Shown here piece by piece: positions 46,050 through 55,274 of a DNA stretch of 64,000 nucleotides (positions are counted from its first letter, which is position 1; every line of letters starts with the position of its first letter). Source of the stretch: a virus (Duplodnaviria > Caudoviricetes); IMG/VR virus record IMGVR_UViG_2974782369_000001, positions 1 to 64,000 of that record, one strand, 5' to 3'. Position numbers and translations under genes: made by a program. The notes under the pieces are model-generated. The model was given only the letters and a program-made list of their open reading frames with translations, was not told where the DNA came from and ran no database searches.

Positions 46050-48242
46050 TTACGTCTTTAATAGCGAGTTGCCAGATTGCATCCTATCTATCAAACTAGC
46101 AGTAGTGGTGCCACCACCAGCGATAGTAGGTTGCTTACTATTTTCGGCATTTTGTGCATCAGCAACTGCTTTTTGAGATGCTTGTGATAAAGCGGCAATT
46201 CTTTGTCGCTGTGCTTGATTCTGTTGCTGAAGATTTCTCATCATTTGTGCTTGGGCAGTTCTTCGATCTCTCTTAGCAGTTGCAACAGTTTCAGTCGTCT
46301 CTGCAACCTTTTGTGTAGATGGAGTAGAAGCAGGAGTTACTGGGGGCAATGGTGGTGGAGCAACCTTAGATTTGGTTTCCTGGTTTGAGTTTGAAACATC
46401 TGCTGCAGCACGCTGGTTTGCTGGGGCGGTGCCAGACTCTGTTGCAGATGCTCTTTCACCATTGGTAGGAGTTGCAGCTGCATCCGAACCACCACCAAAA
46501 GTGCCCATCAAATTCTTGACCATCTCTCTAATGCCATCACCAAGATTAAATGGTTTAGACATAGTGACTGGATTCCCATCAGGACCAACAGGACCAGCAG
46601 GAGAATCTGCACCACCCGTGGGAGATGTATAATCACCTGGGGGATAAGTTACATTACCACCCTTTACTTTCTCAGTAGTCGATTTATTATCACGGAGAAT
46701 CCTTTGTAGCGACTGTGCATAGATGGGATCAGTTGCATACCCCTCAGCCTTCAATAGTGCTGCACCATGAATAGGATCATTCATCCTATTGACACCTTTA
46801 TATCCCTTAAAATCCTTATACCATTGATTTACAAGATGATTAACTGCGTCTTGAGGTGTGTTGAAATTTTTAAATTTGTGAGGCTCCATGACACTCCTGC
46901 CATTTTTCACCTCTCTAGTCATGTGAACTTGACCAGACTCGGAGTCAAGTGCCTTAATGCCAAAGAAATTATTTTTAGCTGAAAGTGCAGTGCCCCAACC
47001 AGACTCTAAAGCAAACTGTGCTGAGACCAACTCAGGATATTTTGCTCCTGCCTTTTTACCATAATTATAAAACTCTGCCCACTTAGCAGCATTACCCGTC
47101 AAAGCACCACCAGCAGCAAACTCTGGTAATTCTGGTAATGATCCGCCAATATCAAATTTAGGCATAGAATCAAACATTCCACCCAAATCAAATCCCATAC
47201 GGGATGCTTCACCGATTCTTCTATCAGTAAGACCAGAATTATTTCTAGTAGCAGGTGTGTTAAATGGGACAACAAATCCACCATTTGCCTTCTGAGCAAC
47301 ATATTCTAATCCATGACCAATAAATGATGTGGATTTACCACCATCTAGAGATACTGGATAACCAGACATGGGTCCATTGATCCATCCACCACCTGCTTTT
47401 AATGGTAGAGGTCCACCCTTTGCCTTTTCTGGAGGATCTTTGCCCTCATCACCACCATTATCATTCATTGAGGTGACAACAATAGTGGCAAGAGTTGCTA
47501 CTGCTGCTACCGCACCCAATGCCTTTGCTCTCCTAGCAAGTTTACTTCTAGACTGTTTCAAATTTTTGACGAATAATCCAAGGACCGATTTAAAGTCCTT
47601 GACAATATTCATCGGGTTTGTCAACCACCTAATTGCCAGAAATAGTCCAGCAAAGTTGACAAAAGCACTGAAGAAACTACCAAGTTTCTCCCACCAATTC
47701 TGCTCCTTATTGAAGAAAAGGTCGTGAAGACTGTCAATCAGTCCTTTAACCCTATCTCCAATAAAATTACTAACAAATTCTACTACTTTTAATATAGTTT
47801 CTATAGTACTCTTAATTGCTTCTCTGTTGTTAGGATCAGATAACCACTCAAGAGCAGGTCCAGCAAGAGCGAGAATTAAGAAATCTTTTACAATATTAAA
47901 GAGAGATTCCAACCAACTTGGCATCTCGGTCTCTGGCATTTCACCACCTTCCAACTCGCCCATATCGGGGCCGCCAGTTGGTTTAGAATATATTGGTTTG
48001 AATGTATCTTTGGCAGATGCTTGGATTTCACCAATCATTTTTACTTGAGCATCTCTAAACTCAAGTAAAACTTTCCCAAGTGAGTTTAGAGTTGCGCCAA
48101 TATTGTTTATTGCTTGCGTATTTTTACCAATACCATTTTGCAACGCAGCATCTTTCGCATCACCCTTACCCCCAGAAACTTTCAGGGGAGGGACAAACTT
48201 GTAAAAATTTAGTTTGGCACTTTTTTTAACTGCTGTTGCCAT
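46050..48242 (-). CDS. Tape-measure/hub-like virion protein with a GH73 glucosaminidase (FlgJ-like) domain
   Basis: Long amphipathic helices; AQFALESGWG...NNFFGIKA...GYATDPIY. Confidence 0.8.
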   Translation of the reverse strand: MATAVKKSAKLNFYKFVPPLKVSGGKGDAKDAALQNGIGKNTQAINNIGATLNSLGKVLLEFRDAQVKMIGEIQASAKDTFKPIYSKPTGGPDMGELEGGEMPETEMPSWLESLFNIVKDFLILALAGPALEWLSDPNNREAIKSTIETILKVVEFVSNFIGDRVKGLIDSLHDLFFNKEQNWWEKLGSFFSAFVNFAGLFLAIRWLTNPMNIVKDFKSVLGLFVKNLKQSRSKLARRAKALGAVAAVATLATIVVTSMNDNGGDEGKDPPEKAKGGPLPLKAGGGWINGPMSGYPVSLDGGKSTSFIGHGLEYVAQKANGGFVVPFNTPATRNNSGLTDRRIGEASRMGFDLGGMFDSMPKFDIGGSLPELPEFAAGGALTGNAAKWAEFYNYGKKAGAKYPELVSAQFALESGWGTALSAKNNFFGIKALDSESGQVHMTREVKNGRSVMEPHKFKNFNTPQDAVNHLVNQWYKDFKGYKGVNRMNDPIHGAALLKAEGYATDPIYAQSLQRILRDNKSTTEKVKGGNVTYPPGDYTSPTGGADSPAGPVGPDGNPVTMSKPFNLGDGIREMVKNLMGTFGGGSDAAATPTNGERASATESGTAPANQRAAADVSNSNQETKSKVAPPPLPPVTPASTPSTQKVAETTETVATAKRDRRTAQAQMMRNLQQQNQAQRQRIAALSQASQKAVADAQNAENSKQPTIAGGGTTTASLIDRMQSGNSLLKT

Positions 48243-50740
48243 TACTTACCACTTAGTAAAGGTGATTTGAAAGCATTTATTACCTTATCCCCATTATTTA
48301 TTGGCATTGGCATATAGATGGGTTCTGCAACACTAAATGGAATTGGGACGATATTACCATCATCCTGAGTCATAGCAAATACTTTAGAGAAATCCAAAGC
48401 TTTTGTTAATACACTTTTATCTGCTACATTCAAATCTACCTGAGGATCAAAAGCAACAGAAGTGCTACTTGCTTTCGCTTCAGAATCACCACCAAAAGTG
48501 CCCATCAGATCTTTAACCAATCCCTTGAGACCTTCACCAAGATTAAATGGTTTTGCTGGCTCAAAAGAAACATTACCACCACCCAAAGAAGGGGTAGTGC
48601 TACCACTAGTATCACCAACTGCACCAATTTGCTCGTTACTTAATGCTCCGCCACCCTTAAATGCAACGTGAAGATGGTCAAAATGGTTAGCATCATCTTG
48701 CCACTTCAATTCTGCAATACCAAGTGCTTGTCTCTTGGCATTTAACTGTCCGTGCAGTCTGGTAAGTTTAGCATCATCCCAAACAACTTGCCCATTAGCA
48801 TTGGGTTGTCTTACAGGCACGTCAAGTGCTTCACCATAATTGTGATAAGAATTATAAGATCTTCTCATCACACGCTCTCTACCAGATCCAGTATATCCCC
48901 TATCTACGTTAAAGTCTGGGTGCTGCCAAACATCAATACCTTGGGAGTTAAGCATCTTACCAGCAGCAACTGCTCTTTGATAACCAAGAGTCTTGCCAGA
49001 TAGATTACCACCTGCCGCTGCACCCTCTGCCTGAGGGCCACCAATACCAATAGCACTTAACAGACTACCCAAAGGTGGCAACTTTGATCCAAGAGATTTC
49101 ATTTGATCCCCAATATATCTGGCACCAGGAATCGAATTAATTAGTGCTTCTTCACCTTGTTGAATACCAGGCACAAAATCTCTAGCGAGCATGTATGCGT
49201 CAATACCCATAGAGATTGGAGGACCAAACTGACCCATAGGAACTAAACCAGCTAAGTCAAATCCAGCAGATATCGCTTCCAGCATACCACCGAAAGGATC
49301 TCCACCTTGGAATCTATCGTAAGCAAATACGAGGTTTACAAGACCACCGAGAATAGGTAATGCTTTACCACCAAGTTTTTTGGTGAGTGGACCAAGATTA
49401 TCTAAAGGTGGAAATAAACCTCTTTTTTTAAGTGCTTCTGCTGCTTGCTTACCAAGAGGTGTGCCAAATAATGCATCCTGAATTTTACCAGCAATTAATT
49501 TTAATCTATCTGTAAGTGGTTGGATGAATTCAAATACTGGTTTGAGTAACTTTTCTTGGACTGCCTTCTTAGCATTATCTGCTAATTGAAGAGTGCCCTC
49601 TTTTACCCACTTAGCAGCATCACCAAACTTATTACCAACAGAAGAAGCAATCTGTGAAGATCTAGCAGCAATCTTTCTACCTGTGGTGACCATGTTTTCC
49701 CACTGCTTTCTAGCAGCTTCACCTAACTGAGCATACAATTTTTGAGATGTTTCACTGACAAGTCCCCAAGTGGACTTTGCCCTCTGCATCAACTTTTTCT
49801 GGACATCGGTGAGGAATCCACCAACAGCATCCGCACCCTTTTGGAAAAGATTTTTCTTCGGTGTTACCTTCCTCGCTTGCTGAAGTGCTTGTGTTGTTGT
49901 AGCGCCACCTTCCCTCGCCTTCCTATATGCCTTGATCTGTTCATCGGTGAGACCCATCTTTTTAAGTTGGGCATCAGTCTTCTTTGGTTTGCCATCTGGA
50001 CCTAATTGCCCCTTTGACTTCTTATCAAAGAAACTGCCAATACCATCAATGATTGTGAAAATATCCTCAATCAACGCAAAAGGATTCATCAAATAACGAA
50101 GGAGAATAATCCCCTTCAACATGTCACCCAGACCACCAAGTCTGGTTAGAAAATCATTATTAGGGTCACCCAGTTTCTTCCATCCGTCAAGAAATCCTTT
50201 GACCTGATCATTAAAGAAATTAAAAACTACTTCACCAACTTCAAATGCCTTTCTAAAGAAGTCTTGAATTGCTTGCTTTTTTGTTTCATCGCTTAAGAAA
50301 TCAGTGATTCCTTTAGCGATCATGATCGTGGCAATATCTTTAAAGATATTGGCAAATGGTGCAAAGAAACTATCTGCCCAACCTAAAAAACCCTCACCTT
50401 CTTTCTTAGTATCATTACTGTCAAATTCGTCTTGCTTTTCTTCTGCCTTCTTTTCTTGGAAAGACTTCAGTCTAGTTTTTGCTTTCTCTTGCTTTTCTTC
50501 TGCCTCTCGATCTCTTTCGAGTTGAAGTGCCTTCTTCTGTTGGACCGCTTGTCTCTCAAAAAATGCAACTAATGCTTTATTATTTTCTGTAATTTCAGAA
50601 AGACTATTTGCAATCCCTTCTACAGTTAACCCGATACGATTTGTTGCCAGGAGGTTTTTACTGGTGGCACGCACCACAGGCACTGAAGAGTTGCCTATCA
50701 CTCCTGGGTTTACAAACTTATATGGGGTAATCTTAGCCAA
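48242..50740 (-). CDS. Tape-measure-like protein (gp29-like) with a C-terminal M15-like Zn-peptidase domain
   Basis: TTG start; Ala/Gly/Lys-rich helical repeats; SYHNYGEALDV ... HFDHLHVAF (H-x6-D ... HxH). Confidence 0.7.
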   Translation of the reverse strand: MAKITPYKFVNPGVIGNSSVPVVRATSKNLLATNRIGLTVEGIANSLSEITENNKALVAFFERQAVQQKKALQLERDREAEEKQEKAKTRLKSFQEKKAEEKQDEFDSNDTKKEGEGFLGWADSFFAPFANIFKDIATIMIAKGITDFLSDETKKQAIQDFFRKAFEVGEVVFNFFNDQVKGFLDGWKKLGDPNNDFLTRLGGLGDMLKGIILLRYLMNPFALIEDIFTIIDGIGSFFDKKSKGQLGPDGKPKKTDAQLKKMGLTDEQIKAYRKAREGGATTTQALQQARKVTPKKNLFQKGADAVGGFLTDVQKKLMQRAKSTWGLVSETSQKLYAQLGEAARKQWENMVTTGRKIAARSSQIASSVGNKFGDAAKWVKEGTLQLADNAKKAVQEKLLKPVFEFIQPLTDRLKLIAGKIQDALFGTPLGKQAAEALKKRGLFPPLDNLGPLTKKLGGKALPILGGLVNLVFAYDRFQGGDPFGGMLEAISAGFDLAGLVPMGQFGPPISMGIDAYMLARDFVPGIQQGEEALINSIPGARYIGDQMKSLGSKLPPLGSLLSAIGIGGPQAEGAAAGGNLSGKTLGYQRAVAAGKMLNSQGIDVWQHPDFNVDRGYTGSGRERVMRRSYNSYHNYGEALDVPVRQPNANGQVVWDDAKLTRLHGQLNAKRQALGIAELKWQDDANHFDHLHVAFKGGGALSNEQIGAVGDTSGSTTPSLGGGNVSFEPAKPFNLGEGLKGLVKDLMGTFGGDSEAKASSTSVAFDPQVDLNVADKSVLTKALDFSKVFAMTQDDGNIVPIPFSVAEPIYMPMPINNGDKVINAFKSPLLSGK

Positions 50741-50864
50741 CTTGGCGCTCCTTGTATCGTTTTTCCTCTTCCTTCAGGAATTGGATGAGTAGACTCATGT
50801 AGATTTCCTTTTCAAATGGCATCAAATTATCAATATATTCCATAGGCCACTTGTGGTGATGCAT
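50733..50864 (-). CDS. gp51: gp51-like baseplate hub assembly catalyst (43 aa from its ATG; probably reached by -1 frameshift from gp26)
   Basis: Read manually: (RVALLHNTLRNYYESNFAL)MHHHKWPMEYIDNLMPFEKEIYMSLLIQFLKEEEKRYKERQVG. Confidence 0.8.
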   Translation of the reverse strand: MHHHKWPMEYIDNLMPFEKEIYMSLLIQFLKEEEKRYKERQVG

Positions 50865-50914
50865 CAAAGCAAAGTTGGACTCATAGTAATTTCTTAGCGT
50901 GTTATGTAGAAGGG

Positions 50915-51619
50915 CTACTCGAAAAAAGATGCTAGACCTTCGATAACAACCTCATTCTTTACTTTGGTATTTGGATTGGTGATCTCAAGTGTGTGAGACA
51001 GTTTTGGCATGGTTTCAAAAAATTCCTGGACCATCCTAAACTGCTTACTATTCATGGATTCAAAAAATTCAATCAACTCTGCTTTGGGAGTATCCTTACA
51101 AAGATAGACTTGATTTTCATCAGCGATAGATTCAGCACAACCTGCTGCCAATTCAAAAACTTCATCCATACCAGTGCCAGTGAAATTCATTTTCACAAAC
51201 ATATCCATACTAGGATATCCCATGGTCAGCATTACATTATCATCAAGCTTAATTTCTCTCTTATGATTTGGATTGATTTGCACTTCAATCTCATCAAGAG
51301 GAATATTAACTTTCACCTGAGTTTCATTATCATCGGGGCAAGTAATATTCACCTCAACACTTTCACCAACAGATGAAGCACGAATCTTCAAAAACAAATA
51401 CTCAATATCAAAAGTTGCAAGTTTATTGACATTTCGGACATCTGTGCAGGAAGAAAGAATATTTCTAACTGCATCAATCATATCCTCCTGCTCACCAGTC
51501 TCCATTGCAAGGAACAGAAGTTTTTCTTCTTTCACCAAGAATGGTCTATATTTTACTTTTGCTCCTGTTGAAGGTAATTTGCAATTATACTGGGGGACAT
51601 TTAACTTAGGTAGTGCCAT
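50915..51619 (-). CDS. gp26: Baseplate hub assembly protein gp26
   Basis: MALPKL..P.Y...LPSTG..VKYRPFLVKEEK, FDIEYLFLKIRA.SVGE and FFETMPKL...EGLASFF. Confidence 0.9.
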   Translation of the reverse strand: MALPKLNVPQYNCKLPSTGAKVKYRPFLVKEEKLLFLAMETGEQEDMIDAVRNILSSCTDVRNVNKLATFDIEYLFLKIRASSVGESVEVNITCPDDNETQVKVNIPLDEIEVQINPNHKREIKLDDNVMLTMGYPSMDMFVKMNFTGTGMDEVFELAAGCAESIADENQVYLCKDTPKAELIEFFESMNSKQFRMVQEFFETMPKLSHTLEITNPNTKVKNEVVIEGLASFFE

Positions 51620-51644
51620 AGTGTAATCAATTCAGTAATTTTAT

Positions 51645-52481
51645 TTATGTGCCTAGATTTCGAGCCCTCTCTCTTGGATCAACAACTGCTCTACTGCTAA
51701 CACTAGCAGGAGTTCCAGCACTACTACTAACGGTTGCTGCTCCGTTTGGATTTGAAGGTGTCGCTCCTGTAGCACCATACGCTGTTCCAGGACTATCAAA
51801 GAAACCATCTCCATAGAATCTATAACGCTCATACATGAAAGTAACATCAAACTGGAGAAGTCCTGCTTGATCATTCGTAAGAGTCATCGATCCAATATTT
51901 TGAGGGAATACGTTGCGTATATCGTATATACCCACCAATTTATCTTGCTTATATTTGATTATTTTTTCAGGATCAATAGATCTATCTCTTAAAATTCTCA
52001 ACCACTCTGCAGGAAGAGCAAACTCTGGTCCTCCCCCTCTCTCCCACTTATAAATGTGAAGATGTGGACAAACATAATTTTCGTAATAATCAGTGTATTG
52101 ATTAGCATCACTCGACATTGTGCTAATCCATCTCTCAAAAATCATACGAGTTTTATGATTTCTGGGCATTGTAAATGAAATGCTAATCTGACTAAATGTC
52201 GATGACGTAGCATAATTATAGGTAGATCCGATATTAGTTACAGATCCAGTGGTGACTTGCTTACTAGGAAGATTTATACTATTGGCATAAAAATTCAACA
52301 ACTTTGAATTGTCACCTACTTCCAGATTGTATTTGGGAAGTTTTGCAAGAACCTTCGGAGTAGCAAACGAAACGCTATACCTATTATTATGTGCAGGGTG
52401 GTTGTCTTCCACCATTGCCCACGACATAAACTCAGAGAGTCTCTGTTTAGGTGCTCTAGATTTTGAAATGTTAAGATCCAT
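51645..52481 (-). CDS. Tail tube initiator / tail-tube-like protein (gp54/gp19 family)
   Basis: SINLPSKQ, FERW, Y..RNVFP.NIGS..L.. and F.VTF.YE; gp4-gp26 synteny. Confidence 0.7.
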   Translation of the reverse strand: MDLNISKSRAPKQRLSEFMSWAMVEDNHPAHNNRYSVSFATPKVLAKLPKYNLEVGDNSKLLNFYANSINLPSKQVTTGSVTNIGSTYNYATSSTFSQISISFTMPRNHKTRMIFERWISTMSSDANQYTDYYENYVCPHLHIYKWERGGGPEFALPAEWLRILRDRSIDPEKIIKYKQDKLVGIYDIRNVFPQNIGSMTLTNDQAGLLQFDVTFMYERYRFYGDGFFDSPGTAYGATGATPSNPNGAATVSSSAGTPASVSSRAVVDPRERARNLGT

Positions 52482-52900
52482 TAGACTTTAAGTTCTTTTT
52501 CGGTAATCAACATAAATTCCCAATTATTGTCTTTGCAGAATTCTTCTGCTGCCTTCCATTTTGCTTGATTCACACTCCAAGTAACAACTTCATTAATATA
52601 ACGTTTTGTCATCCTCTTTTGAGTCTTGGGCTCTTTTGTTTGCCTGAAAGGTTTCACTTCAACAAGATATTTCTTATTGGCAATTTTTACATAAAAATCA
52701 GGGAAATATCGATGTCTTTTACCATCAACAGGAGAGATATATGGAATAATTATTTCCTCACTACCCCACTCAATAACTGAGGGAGTAATATCGCACCATT
52801 TCATAAATTTGTATTCCCAGGAGGAGCGATAAATAATATTATTAGAATCACCTTTATATTTGCGAGGGAAGGATGGAGTGTAACGTCCTTGATACCTCAT
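52481..52900 (-). CDS. gp4: Head completion nuclease gp4 (TnsA-like)
   Basis: YRSSWE.KFM.WCD....V..W.SEE..IPY.SP.D...HRYFPDF and EVKP..QT; start trimmed to MRYQG. Confidence 0.93.
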   Translation of the reverse strand: MRYQGRYTPSFPRKYKGDSNNIIYRSSWEYKFMKWCDITPSVIEWGSEEIIIPYISPVDGKRHRYFPDFYVKIANKKYLVEVKPFRQTKEPKTQKRMTKRYINEVVTWSVNQAKWKAAEEFCKDNNWEFMLITEKELKV

Positions 52901-52935
52901 AAATAACATCGTATAGTACACTTGCAACTATTTAG

Positions 52936-54003
52936 GTGGCACAAGCGAAGATTCTAAGATACCCACTAAAAGTGCCTGTAGAGGGCGATATGCTGGATAG
53001 TGCGGATGCTCCAACAGGAAGAGTTGACTATCTGAAAATTCAAAGATTCCGAGTAAACCACGAAAAATCTGAAGGTGGATATGGTGGATCCAACCTACCA
53101 GGAAACAAACAAGCAACAGATCTATCTCCCGATGGTGTTGTATATATTGCAATGCCTCAGTCAATTTCCACAAGTTATCAAGCAGATTACAACGCTGTCA
53201 ATATGGGTATTGCGGGTGTGCTTGGTGCAGGTGTTGCTGCAGCAATCGGTGGTGGATCGGATGCTGATCAACTTACCAATCAAGTAATGTCTGCTGCATC
53301 TGCTGCTCTGCCAGAGATTGCATACAACAAAGGTGCTAGTATTATTTCCAACCTTGCAAACCTTGCAGGTATGGAAACTGGTGTAAATGGTGCCGCTCTA
53401 CAAAACCTTGTAAAAGGTAGGATTATGAATCCTTTTACAGAGCAAATCTTCAATGGCGTCCAATTTAGACAGCATCAGTTTACTATTAAAATGGTTGCTA
53501 GAAGCAAAAAAGAAGCAGAAGATATTTTAGGGATTATCAAATATATCAAAAAGGGTGCAATGCCTTTACTTGGCGATGCCGTTAAGGAAGAAGAAGATCA
53601 ACTCAAACAGTCTGATACAGGAAAACAATTAGAATCAAAAGCAGGTGATGCTTCTGGTGATACGAGTATTACAGAAAAAGTTGAGCAGGCAGGCACCACA
53701 GTAAATAGAAAAGGTAAATTCCTACAAATCCCAGACAGATTCCAGTTATCGTTTGTGAGACTTGATTCTGCTACAGGAAAACTTACTCATTTACCACATT
53801 ATAAATTTCAACCTTGTGTTTGTATAAACGTATCAGTAAATTATACTCCTGATGGGCAGTATGTGTCATTCAAAGACGGTATTGCAGATTTGTCTTCGAC
53901 AAATAAAGGAGGAAAACAGTTATTAGTCCCAGCAGTTGAGCTTGGTATGTCATTTGCAGAAACAAGATTTATCACTCAAGCAGATATTATCGCAGGATAC
54001 TAA
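52936..54003 (+). CDS. gp48: Baseplate tail tube cap gp48
   Basis: LRYP, YIAMP, NPFTEQIFNGV.FR.H.F and VNYTPDG.Y; divergent from gp4, upstream of gp53. Confidence 0.85.
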   Translation: MAQAKILRYPLKVPVEGDMLDSADAPTGRVDYLKIQRFRVNHEKSEGGYGGSNLPGNKQATDLSPDGVVYIAMPQSISTSYQADYNAVNMGIAGVLGAGVAAAIGGGSDADQLTNQVMSAASAALPEIAYNKGASIISNLANLAGMETGVNGAALQNLVKGRIMNPFTEQIFNGVQFRQHQFTIKMVARSKKEAEDILGIIKYIKKGAMPLLGDAVKEEEDQLKQSDTGKQLESKAGDASGDTSITEKVEQAGTTVNRKGKFLQIPDRFQLSFVRLDSATGKLTHLPHYKFQPCVCINVSVNYTPDGQYVSFKDGIADLSSTNKGGKQLLVPAVELGMSFAETRFITQADIIAGY

Positions 54004-54005
54004 TC

Positions 54006-54854
54006 ATGCCAGCATATTTTTCATATTTACCAGATATATTCGTTGGCAATGAAACTGCCGACGAAAGAGTAGACTATAAACTAGTTAAAAATATTTTTCG
54101 GCGTGTGCAAGTTGATGCTGCATTAGAAAAATATTCTACCGAATTTGAAGCATATGTAATCCCAGAAGGGACTAGACCAGAAATGCTAGCATATGATCTC
54201 TTTGGAGATAGTGAATTAGATTGGGTTATCCTCTTGACAAATAATATACATGACATTTACGATGATTGGCCCAAAGAAAGTCATGTATTAGCAAATTATA
54301 CCGAAGAAAAATATGGTGATTGGGATGGAGTGCATCATTGGGAGACTAGAGAAGTCCGTTATAATGACGCAATTTTCCTACAAAGTGGAATTGAAGTAAA
54401 CGAAACCTTTAGAGTAACGTTGCCAAATGGTATTGCATATAGCAAAGAGCAGTCTATTTACCCTGTAAGCAATATTGAGCACGAAACATATCTAAATGAG
54501 CAAAAAAGGTTGATCGTAATTCCTAATGGAAATCTGCTAGACTTCTTCCTTGAAGATTTCAGTGATTTGGTTTCTTACCAAGATTGTAGAGAATTAAATG
54601 AAGAAGGTGTGAAGAAGACTGCCATTTCTGTTGTAGGTAAATTCTTAGATAGAAAAGAGTATAGAAGAAGCACTTCGGCATCTGCTTCAGTATCTGAAAC
54701 TGTTACGTCCTTCGATTATGGTCCAACAGGAGGATCTACAACTTCCACTGCTGTTGGTAATACAGTAACTACAACCACTGTCGCACCAGCAACTGTCTCA
54801 ACGACATCAAGCACTTCATCTTCTTCTGGATCTTCTGGTAGCAGCGGATACTAA
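54006..54854 (+). CDS. gp53: Baseplate wedge gp53
   Basis: YFSYLP, KNIFRR, RPE.LA..L.GD..LDWVILLTNNI...WP and HHWET.E. Confidence 0.92.
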   Translation: MPAYFSYLPDIFVGNETADERVDYKLVKNIFRRVQVDAALEKYSTEFEAYVIPEGTRPEMLAYDLFGDSELDWVILLTNNIHDIYDDWPKESHVLANYTEEKYGDWDGVHHWETREVRYNDAIFLQSGIEVNETFRVTLPNGIAYSKEQSIYPVSNIEHETYLNEQKRLIVIPNGNLLDFFLEDFSDLVSYQDCRELNEEGVKKTAISVVGKFLDRKEYRRSTSASASVSETVTSFDYGPTGGSTTSTAVGNTVTTTTVAPATVSTTSSTSSSSGSSGSSGY

Positions 54855-54857
54855 AAA

Positions 54858-54915
54858 ACCTTAGGGACCCAATTTTTGGCGGGATTTTTTTTCCGCTTTT
54901 TTGGGAACCTAAGGT
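54858..54915. terminator. Long imperfect hairpin at a convergent gene junction (probable bidirectional terminator)
   Basis: ACCTTAGG/CCTAAGGT, CCCAA/TTGGG and GCGGGA/TTCCGC arms with T-rich loops. Confidence 0.6.
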
Positions 54916-54926
54916 CGATTTTGTTT

Positions 54927-55274
54927 TCAGTGATCGTGATACTTTCTCCAGCAAGGTTCTCTTACTGTCTCATAATAGTAGTCAACGAATCTACCTCTTG
55001 AGTCACGCACCTCTCGATACTCTCGGTGCTCACACATTGCTCTTCTTGGGCGATGGTGATAGTGATGATGGTGATGGTCACTCTTGAATGGTTCCCAAAA
55101 CTCACCCCATGTGACTGCTTGAGCAGGAGAAGCAAACCCAACCAACGCCACCGTAGAGGCGAGTAGTTTTGCTTTGAGAGCAGCACGACGCTTCTTTGCT
55201 TGGCGCAGTGCCTGAGGTTTCAGGGTGCGCTTTGCTTCTTTCTTAGAATGGTGTTGCCAGTTGGGTGTTGTCAT
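54927..55274 (-). CDS. Hypothetical protein: basic N-terminus, internal signal-like segment, His-rich C-terminus
   Basis: ORF track; start overlaps the gp32 stop. Confidence 0.65.
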   Translation of the reverse strand: MTTPNWQHHSKKEAKRTLKPQALRQAKKRRAALKAKLLASTVALVGFASPAQAVTWGEFWEPFKSDHHHHHYHHRPRRAMCEHREYREVRDSRGRFVDYYYETVREPCWRKYHDH

